A stretch of DNA of 32,000 nt from Sulfolobaceae archaeon (GTDB lineage Archaea; Thermoproteota; Thermoprotei_A; Sulfolobales; Sulfolobaceae): the NCBI GenBank assembly GCA_026627305.1, contig JAPNVD010000035.1, positions 1 to 32,000 of the forward strand, written 5' to 3'. A program made the position numbers and the translations under genes. The notes under the pieces are model-generated. The model was given only the letters and a program-made list of their open reading frames with translations, was not told where the DNA came from and ran no database searches. This document shows, piece after piece, positions 1 through 7,562 of the stretch. Each line of letters begins with the position of its first letter. Positions within the stretch are counted from its first letter, which is position 1.

Positions 1-498
1 CCAGTAGTCCTAGAGAGCGGGAAGTGGAGGTTTAGGGAGGAAGACGTAGAGAGGTTGATGGGCATAACAAGGAAAAAGAAGGTAGTCCTCTACGCTAGAG
101 TATCCTCTGACACGCAAAAAGACGACTTAGTTAAACAAGTATCTTACCTAGAGGAAAAGGTGAAGGAATACGACCTAGTCATAACAGACTTTGGCTCTGG
201 GATAAACGTGAAGAGGAAGGGGTTCCAAAAACTACTTAGAATGATACTAAACAACTAGGTGTCAAAGGTTGTCGTTACATATAGGGAAAGGCTAGTTAGG
301 TTCGGCTTTGAGGTAATAGAGGAGGTGTGAAAAGCCCACAACTGTGAAATACAAGTGCTTGAGGAAGAGGAAAAGACACCAGAGCAAGAACTGGTGGAGG
401 ACTTGATTACTGTGCTAGTATCCTTCAGTGGTAAGTTACACGACATGGGGAGTAAATACGAGAAGGTGAAGAAGTGTATTGAGGAGCTTAAGGCTTAA
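1..498 (+). pseudogene. IS607-type serine recombinase (TnpA/orfA), 5' truncated by the window edge, two in-frame stops
   Basis: Frame 1 reads KKVVLYARVSSDTQKDDLVKQ, which carries the resolvase catalytic-Ser motif. The same frame continues with resolvase-like sequence (VVVTYRERLVRFGFEVIEEV, EQELVEDLITVLVSFSGKLH) through TAG 256-258 and TGA 328-330 to TAA 496-498. Confidence 0.75.
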
Positions 499-1740
499 AG
501 ATTTCACACCTCAAGAAGAGTACACATACTTGACTTATGCATTAAAGAACGATAAGAGGGAAGAGACCCTCTTCCTCATAAAGGAGTACAAGAAGCTATT
601 GGAGAAAGCGATAGACTACTTGTGGAACAAGACAAGGGTAAAAGTAAAGAGTACTACAGATAAGAGGGGAAGGCATAAGAGCGTTAAGGTAAACCTACCG
701 AAAAAGAAGGACGTTTATAAACAGTTAAGGGACGAGCTAGAGAGAGTAAACACACTAGCTTCCCACCATGTAGACAAGGCTATTAATGAAGCGTTTTCCA
801 TCCTTAAGTCTTGGAGGAAGAGGGTATTAAAGGGTAAAGCGTCTTTAAAGAAGCCCAGAGTGAAGAAGGCTTATGTTAGGGTTAAGTCAACTCTGAGGAA
901 AGTAGTCAACGAAGAGGTTAGGATAACTGTCAGACCTCACGATTACTTGACCTTTTCATGGGGAAACGCGTGGTTCAGGGAAAGGGGTTGGAGCTAGGTG
1001 AGCCTATAATAAAGGAGGACAAAGTGTACTTGCCATTCTACTACAAGGTGCCACTCCGCTCTCCACTGGACTTCTTAGCAATAGACTCAAACCTATTTAG
1101 TCTAGACTCCTATGATGGTGAGAAGTTCATAACATTCTCACTCAAGGAGTTATACTCCCTAAAGTATGGCATGGTAAAGAAGAGGGGTAAGGTACACTCC
1201 TTTGCATCAAAGCATAAGAAGAAGGGTAAAGAGTTGTTGAGGAAGTATTCTCACCGTGAGAGGAACAAGGTCATTGACTATGTGCACAAGTTTGTAAACT
1301 CTCTCCTAGAGCTCTACCCCTTGACGACCTTTGTAGTAGAGAAACTGAATAAGCAGGAAATGTTCAATGACGCCGACAACTCGCTGTCTAGGAAGATTTC
1401 AAGGACTGTGTGGAGGACTATCCACAAGGTGCTAAAGTATAAGGCACTACTTTATGGCTCACGAGTTGTTGAGGTAAACCCGCACTTGACTTCTAGGTCT
1501 TGCCCCAGATGTGGGTTTGTATCCCGAAAGGTTGGCAAGACCTTTATCTGCGAGAGGTGTGGTTTTAAGTTGGATAGACAGTTGAACGCGTCATTAAAAA
1601 TTTTCCTCAAGATGTGCGGGTTCCCCCACCTAGTCTATATCCCGTCTAGGTGGGTTGGGGTTATCCCGCTAATGGGGCGGAGGAGGGTGAAGGTGGGAAA
1701 ACCGCTTGACTCCCGTGAAGCCCAAGGGTTGATATTAAGT
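479..1740 (+). pseudogene. tnpB: TnpB (IS605/IS607 orfB, RuvC-like RNA-guided nuclease family), single frameshift near 970-995
   Basis: ORF 479-997 (N-terminal part) and ORF 958-2085 (C-terminal part) are contiguous apart from one frame change in the run ttcagggaaaggggttgg. The RuvC triad candidates IDSN, VVEKL and LDRQLNAS are present, as is the zinc finger CPRCGx14CERCG. The 3' end is approximate. Confidence 0.8.
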
Positions 1741-1839
1741 TATATGAAATCCGATGAAACCCAAACCCCACTATATTCAACTAAAGTATATTACCAGCTC
1801 TATATTTCAATTTTATATATTAGTTTAGTCTTTAAAATA

Positions 1840-2085
1840 ATGAGAAAGATAATGAATGAATTAAGGTATGAGATTAAGGTATCCGGAATCTGCTGTGGAT
1901 ACTGTGTAGCAAACGTTAAAGATATCATTAAAAGGGAGAGTAAAAATTCTGTTGATGAAATTGAAGTTAAAATAACTGATGGTACAATAAGGATGATTGC
2001 CAGTAAGGATTTAGATGTAGCAAGGATAATTGAAAGTCTTAATAGAGCAGGATATTATGTAATAGATTTAAAAAGAGAAAAATAG
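1840..2085 (+). CDS. Heavy-metal-associated (HMA) domain metallochaperone-like protein, 81 aa
   Basis: The sequence YEIKVSGICCGYCVANVKDIIK...IEVKITDGTIRMIAS...IIESLNRAGYYV fits the ferredoxin-like HMA pattern with a CxxC metal site (CGYC). A TATA-like ttttatatat (1811-1820) lies about 25 nt upstream of ATG 1840. The track ORF 958-2085 fuses it artefactually to tnpB. Confidence 0.7.
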   Translation: MRKIMNELRYEIKVSGICCGYCVANVKDIIKRESKNSVDEIEVKITDGTIRMIASKDLDVARIIESLNRAGYYVIDLKREK

Positions 2086-2269
2086 TAGGAAGAAACCACG
2101 TACGATTAAGTTATAACTTTTTTGTTATTGTATTAATTTCTATGTAGATAATTTTTAAGCAAATAAATTAATTTATTTAAGATGTATATAAACTAAATAA
2201 GTAAAGGTTTTCACGTTTTATACGTAATAACGCTCTTTCTTAAAAATTATTAATGGAAGATAATATAAA

Positions 2270-2995
2270 TTAAGAATTTCCTTCAATGTTCTTTATTATT
2301 ATTTCGTCGAACTCCTTAGGTCTAGGAAGCCTTATGGACTTTAGTGAATTTATGAATTCTTCTTTGTTATTTATACTAAATAACTTGTTATACTTTTTCT
2401 CAAAACCGATGGTTGATGACGGTTTTCCACTCATCCCAAATCCACACGCTGAACCAGAAGTATGGGCAGGGAAAACTTCAACGTAATCTGGTAATACCTT
2501 AAGTTTCTGTAAACTGTAAAAGAGCTGTTCTGCTGATTCCTCACCTCCTATATCTATCCTACCAATTCCACCCACGAATAGCGTGTCACCAGTTAGTACT
2601 GCCCAAGGCTCATCTCCTCTTCTTAAGTCGGTTATAAGTACAGAAACACTGTCTGGAGTATGCCCGGGAGTATAAAGGAACTTTATTTTGACGTTACCAG
2701 CTTTTATTTCCTCGTTATCTCTAACCTTTTGTGCAAACTTAACCTTCGTATTCTCATGCATATAAACATTAGCCCTAGTTATGTCAGCTAACCTTTTTGC
2801 CCCAGATAAGTGGTCAGCGTGAGTGTGAGTATCTATAATGTAAGATATCCTCATGTCGTACAATTCAGAAAAGTTCATCAAATCATCAACTAAGTCTAGC
2901 CTAGGGTCAACGATTATTAATTCACCTGCTTGAGTACATCCAATGACGTAAGTTAAGCACCCTCCACTTTTTGAGATGAACTGTCTAAATAACAT
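2270..2995 (-). CDS. MBL-fold metallo-hydrolase, ETHE1/persulfide-dioxygenase- or glyoxalase-II-like
   Basis: The motifs HTHADH, TPGHTPDS and GDTLFVGGIGRID are present. The N-terminus LFRQFISKSGGCLTYVIG resembles the ETHE1-type start LFRQLF..S.TYTYL. Confidence 0.8.
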   Translation of the reverse strand: MLFRQFISKSGGCLTYVIGCTQAGELIIVDPRLDLVDDLMNFSELYDMRISYIIDTHTHADHLSGAKRLADITRANVYMHENTKVKFAQKVRDNEEIKAGNVKIKFLYTPGHTPDSVSVLITDLRRGDEPWAVLTGDTLFVGGIGRIDIGGEESAEQLFYSLQKLKVLPDYVEVFPAHTSGSACGFGMSGKPSSTIGFEKKYNKLFSINNKEEFINSLKSIRLPRPKEFDEIIIKNIEGNS

Positions 2996-3224
2996 ATGTT
3001 AATATAATCAACATAATTAAAAAGGGTTATTCACTATTCTCAGTTAAATGCTTACAACATGATGAAAGCTTTTCTTTAAGTCGAGAGGAAATCAGCTCCT
3101 TAGCTTTTGCTATCGTAACCTAACTAGCCTCAAAATTTTTCTAGATATAAACCCTTTAAATGGCTTATTGTCTGAAATAATACTGAATTCTGCACTAAAG
3201 GACGAGGTTTGCTCTTCCTTTGTA

Positions 3225-3899
3225 TCATTTATCACTGTTAAATATTAACTTAAAGTGTTCCATTGAATGGATTATACAACCTAAGCACGACTCTACAGTG
3301 GCGTAAGATTCATCGGTAAAAACAACAGTTATTTCATCATTAAAAATCATGAACTTTGCATTGACTTCATCATTGTATTTAATCTTTCCTCTCAAGCCCT
3401 TAACTTTCTTCATATCTTCGCTTTTTACTACTAAGTATAGTTCGCCGTTAAAGTTTCTCAGTAGCTTTATCAACCAGCCTGGTATTTTCGGATATACCAC
3501 CTTAAGGATTTTGGCCTCACTGATCATGTTTCTCACGAAGCTCATTACTTGTCTTCTCCCTTCAATTACGGTAGACCTTTCTTTGCTCTTATCCTTGGTA
3601 ATGGTGTTTATTTCAGCAACTATTTTGTCTATCTGCTCTATGATAGTTTGCTTGTAATTTTCAAAGCTTATGTTAGGATCTATGAGTTTAACCCTCTTCG
3701 GTTTTCCATTTATCACTTTAACAAAACCTTTCTTCTCAAGCCTTGAAACTACGTCATACACCTTTTGGTATGGAACGCCAGACAGTTCTGCCAATTCCCT
3801 CATTTTGGCGTTGCAGAGTTTAGTTAATGAAGAATAAACTTTGCTCTCATATCTTGAAAAACCTATCTTAATTAATTTCTCTTCCAATTCACCACTCAT
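3225..3899 (-). CDS. TrmB-family transcriptional regulator
   Basis: The N-terminal winged HTH reads LIKIGFSRYESKVYSSLTKLCNAKMRELAELSGVPYQKVYDVVSRLEKKGFV, typical of TrmB. At 224 aa there is also a C-terminal effector-like domain. Confidence 0.75.
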   Translation of the reverse strand: MSGELEEKLIKIGFSRYESKVYSSLTKLCNAKMRELAELSGVPYQKVYDVVSRLEKKGFVKVINGKPKRVKLIDPNISFENYKQTIIEQIDKIVAEINTITKDKSKERSTVIEGRRQVMSFVRNMISEAKILKVVYPKIPGWLIKLLRNFNGELYLVVKSEDMKKVKGLRGKIKYNDEVNAKFMIFNDEITVVFTDESYATVESCLGCIIHSMEHFKLIFNSDK

Positions 3900-3940
3900 A
3901 GTGAATAATACTAATTTATTGCTAATAAGACTTTATAGTA

Positions 3941-5018
3941 ATGAGTAAGAAGAAGAACTTTCAACTCTTCACCGTATTAGTCTTCTTCACGGGAATTTAC
4001 TTAGGAGTATTCAGGGTAGCATTCCCAGTCCTTGAATTGAATGAATATTATTTCGTTCTATACTCGATTATTATTTTTGGTTTCACTAAAGCTTTAATGA
4101 ATTACATCTCTGGACATTTGTCAGATATAATAGGTAGGAGAAAAGGTGTTAATATTAGGTTGGTTAGTCTCAATTCCTTTACCATTAATAGCAATTATAG
4201 TCAAATCTCCTATATTAGTTACATTATTTACAGTGTTTCTAGGAGTAAATCAAGCCTTAACCTGGACTACTACAGTGACTTCTCAGATAGACATATCTGG
4301 CAAAAGGAGGGCAGGTTTAGCAGCTGGGATAAATGAAACTTTTGGGTACTTAGGTGTCTCGATGGGGAGTTTTCTCTCTGGTTTAATAATTTCCTCTTTC
4401 TTCTCACCATATTACTTGATGTTATTAATAGGGTTATTAGCTTTGGTATTCTCGAATAAAGCATCAGAGACTAAACCTAACACAAGTTTAGGTAAGGGAG
4501 GATTGATGTCCTCTCTACTTATAGGTATTGCTGGACTATTGGAGAAGTTTGTTGATGCCTTCTTCTGGGTTCTTCTACCACTATACCTATCTACTAAAGG
4601 TCCATTTGAGATTTCCACCATAGTGACAATATATACACTAACCTGGGCATTATTACAGATCCCTTTTGGGTATATGAGTGATGTGAAAGGCAGACTCTTG
4701 TTATTAGTGTTAGGATTTATTTTTATGGGAATTGGAGTTTCTATCTTCACGATTCAGTATTACGTTATTTCTGCCCTTATAGCTGGATTGGGAATGGCAA
4801 TGGTATATCCTAATCTCATAGCCTATGTAAATGATTATTGTAGCGATATGAATAGAGGGAAGTCGTTAGGTATTTATAGGTTGTTGAGGGATTCAGGTTA
4901 TGGATTTGCTGGGCTAATTTTCTTATTAATATATAAAGACTTATTAACAGCTGTAATTCTAGTAGTTCTCTTACAACTCGTATCCATATTTCCCCTAGTG
5001 TACGTTAGGAGGATTTAA
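3941..5018 (+). pseudogene. MFS transporter interrupted by one frameshift (about 4138-4148)
   Basis: ORF 3941-4336 carries the MFS loop motif GHLSDIIGRRK. The hydrophobic continuation (V)LILGWLVSIPLPLIA... is in another frame (ORF 4146-5018). The switch occurs at aggagaaaaggtg. Confidence 0.7.
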
Positions 5019-5039
5019 GAAAATTTTTCCTCAGCGTCT

Positions 5040-6147
5040 CTAGATATTATTGAAAGCGACCTTTAGTGCCTGACTTCCTCCCCTTAGAGAGGTTCCCCTC
5101 ATCGATTCAAGATTACATCTCTCATATATCGAGAGGGTCAGAGAACCATAAAGGTTCATAACTGCAATAACGTCACGATCGTTCTCATAACCGCAAGGAC
5201 AATGATAGCACCTATGTCCTACTTCTTTCATTTCTTTACCACACTTAGGACATTTAGTCGAAGAGAAATGTGGATCTACATAGACAACTTTTGGACTGTA
5301 TTTTTTAGCCTGCCACTCAATTCAGTATTGTACCCTACGGTAATGCATCAAGTACAGTCTATCCCAAAATCACTTGGTAGTCTCTTCACACTTTTGATCA
5401 TATTATTTAAGTAATCTAAGAAGATGACAGAGACGTTTAGTGAGTTAGCTACTTCTACTACCCACTTACCTAACAGAGTCCTCCAAGATGTTCTTAGCCT
5501 TTTTGTGGAATGACCTAATCTTGTTCTCCCTCCACCTCTTCTCGCACTTTTTCTGTAATGACTAAGCTAATGATTTGTAATGATGAGCATCATCAAGTAG
5601 GTATCCTAACGTACTTTTCATCGTCCTCACCAACGACTACATCAGCCATGTTTATGTCTACTGCGACACTGTCATTAACTTCTGGCTCTTTCCAGTCCTT
5701 AAGAAGAGAGACCTTTAAGTATGCCTTTGCATCTCTCAATACTAACCTAGCCTCTCTCATTTCCCAGTCCTTGTATTCTGATAAATTCCTTGGATAGCCC
5801 TCTATTTTTAATTCGCCAACTCCCGCTATTCTCACTACCATCTTGTTGAAATCTATTGAAAACGATAGGGTTGGGGTCAACCATACGGACACGTTGCGTA
5901 CAGTAGGGTACCTACTGCGTTTAGGGTTGTTTAACCACGACTTATACTTTGCTATAGCGTCCCTATAACAGTCCTGAGCGACTTTTGACGGTAGATTAAG
6001 CTCTCTTAGGACCTCATAAGTCCCCTTATGAGTGTCTTTTAACAACTTTTTCGGTCTGTTTTCTCTTAACCATTCTGAAACGAAACGTAGACCTTTTTCG
6101 TACCTTTCAACTAAGCTGAGCAGAGTGGCGGTAGGGGAAACCTTCAA
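5040..6147 (-). pseudogene. tnpB: tnpB copy A, internally deleted and frameshifted
   Basis: N-terminal ORF 5593-6147 and C-terminal ORF 5040-5231 ([24 protein letters not shown]) match copy B. The 5232-5592 segment aligns to copy B only with deletions and stops. Confidence 0.8.
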
Positions 6148-6220
6148 ACTGTGGCTCTGATTACGATCTCACTCTTTGAGACCCCTCTACTCCTATTTAT
6201 GAGTAGAGGAAAGGAGTTTA
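5070..6220 (-). mobile_element. TnpB-only IS200/IS605-family (IS1341-group-like) element, degenerate copy A
   Basis: The right end ...GGGGAGGAAGTCAG terminates at 5070 on the minus strand. The tnpB remnants are collinear with copy B at 10122-11319. The left end has a subterminal hairpin ctctactc/gagtagag near 6186-6209. Confidence 0.7.
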
Positions 6221-6257
6221 TATACCTTCATCTCCGCCAGAGAGGCTTTCCCCAATT
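6221..6257 (-). repeat. Orphan IS right-end-like repeat (family GAGGAAAGCCTC...GATGAAGGT) abutting the left end of copy A
   Basis: The reverse complement aattggggaaagcctctctggcggagatgaaggtatat matches 10087-10121 and resembles 14778-14817. Confidence 0.6.
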
Positions 6258-6425
6258 TGTAAACGACAAGGAATTAAAACGACATCGTTCAATTAGTTCT
6301 GTATATGCCGTTCATCTTTGTACTGACGTTCTCCTGTCCTGCCAGTATGGCTTTCCTCGCATAGGGGTGGAAGAGGAATTTACATCAGGGGACTTAGAAA
6401 TCTTTAGCGGACCTCTTGAAAAAAG

Positions 6426-6436
6426 TTTATATTTTA
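6426..6436 (+). promoter_or_regulatory. TATA-like box for the 6455-9224 operon
   Basis: tttatatttta is centred about 24 nt upstream of ATG 6455, consistent with a leaderless archaeal transcript. Confidence 0.4.
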
Positions 6437-6454
6437 AAGTTTGAAGCTATAGTT

Positions 6455-7558
6455 ATGTGCGCTGACTTAGTTGACATTGATTATTCCTCCTCCACAACTT
6501 GGGATCAATACATAAGAGAGGACGTAATGAGGGTATATAAAGCAACGTCAAAGGCCCTCAACTTGTATCAGCAGGTTGAGAAGTATGCCAACTTAACTTA
6601 TGACAAGCTAGACGATAACTTGAAAAGGATACTTTTAGGTGGAGTTATAAGAAAAAAAGATGGATCCTTTGACTACACAAGAAACAGTAGTGCAAGGTTT
6701 TATAAGGAGCTTTTCGGCTTAAGTATGGACTATGCCGCGTATCTACAATCACTTCAGCTAAATACCCCAATTCCTATTAAGCTAATAAGAACTGAACCAG
6801 TTGAGGTTGGCTTACGTACGGTAAGAGATTACATTCAAGCTATGAATGATTTAGCCAGGAGAATCGTAATCTCTAGTAACTTTACTCCAGCTATGGAATT
6901 AGAAAACGTTTCCCTCAGTGATTTAAATGGAGTTTTAAATACATTTAAAGAGCTAGTTGAGTCATTGATTAACTTTTCGTCGGTCTATAACCCAAGGACA
7001 TTCTTTATAACTTCTCTAACAGGCAACATCCTGAAAGCGTTTCTAGAGGCTTACGATAAGCTTAACGACGAGAACGTCAGAAATAGCGTATTCAAAAGGT
7101 TTGGAGTAATTCGTTTAGCGGACTTTTTGAGAGATGAAAAATATGCAATTTACGGGTACACTGTCAACTCTTTAGGTCGCCACATTACTGAGCTCGATAA
7201 AATGGTTTATGTTTTTTTACGCAAATTTTATTCAGAATATATAAGCCTAGATAAATATATAGTGGACGATTTCAAGTCTTTACTTAGTATTTACCTTACG
7301 TCCTCAAATCTGGCTGAAGTATTAGATTTCAGTTGGTGGGGTTCGATTAAATGCGAGATACCAACATCAGATCCACTGTCAATGGTATCGTGTCATAACA
7401 CCTATGATCCTTATTACTATAAATATAGATCTAGAAAATACACCCTTATGGAAATGCTTGAGGAGTTTTCAATCCCCCTCTTACTCTATTATGATCTAAA
7501 AATGGAATATAGTTACAATACTTTAGTATTGCAATTAGATCCAAAACACGAGGTGTGA
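6455..7558 (+). CDS. Hypothetical protein (about 367 aa from ATG 6455; track start TTG 6416), no recognisable motif
   Basis: A long uninterrupted ORF with coding-like composition and a TATA-like box upstream. Its stop TGA 7556-7558 overlaps the SD-like GAGGTG (7550-7555) of the next gene. Confidence 0.65.
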   Translation: MCADLVDIDYSSSTTWDQYIREDVMRVYKATSKALNLYQQVEKYANLTYDKLDDNLKRILLGGVIRKKDGSFDYTRNSSARFYKELFGLSMDYAAYLQSLQLNTPIPIKLIRTEPVEVGLRTVRDYIQAMNDLARRIVISSNFTPAMELENVSLSDLNGVLNTFKELVESLINFSSVYNPRTFFITSLTGNILKAFLEAYDKLNDENVRNSVFKRFGVIRLADFLRDEKYAIYGYTVNSLGRHITELDKMVYVFLRKFYSEYISLDKYIVDDFKSLLSIYLTSSNLAEVLDFSWWGSIKCEIPTSDPLSMVSCHNTYDPYYYKYRSRKYTLMEMLEEFSIPLLLYYDLKMEYSYNTLVLQLDPKHEV

Positions 7559-7562
7559 TATA

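Larger units (their letters stand above)
1..1795 (+). mobile_element. IS607-family element (serine-recombinase orfA + tnpB/orfB); left end off-window, right end approximate
   Basis: A resolvase-type orfA overlaps the start of a TnpB-type orfB by about 20 nt, the typical IS607 layout. A structured GC-richer tail (1620-1700) follows the tnpB zinc finger. The unrelated AT-rich promoter of the next gene begins near 1800. Confidence 0.7.

Noticed and set aside
958-2085. Single 375 aa ORF in the track
   Set aside because: It is a chance read-through joining the tnpB C-terminal part, the IS right-end region and an independent 81 aa HMA gene that has its own TATA-like box and ATG at 1840. It is not one protein.
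2161-2178. AAATAAATTAATTTATTT palindrome between the convergent HMA and MBL genes
   Set aside because: A purely A/T palindrome in a very AT-rich intergenic region is expected by chance. At most it is part of T-rich terminator sequence.
5202-5797. ORFs 5202-5414 and 5558-5797 on the plus strand
   Set aside because: They are antisense to the decayed tnpB copy A, and the equivalent antisense ORF also exists in copy B (10535-10717). They are compositional artefacts.
6151-6444. 97 aa ORF between IS copy A and the orphan operon
   Set aside because: It starts inside the IS left end, runs across the right-end scar and the shared flank, and ends inside the TATA-like box of the next gene. It has no motif and is likely spurious.
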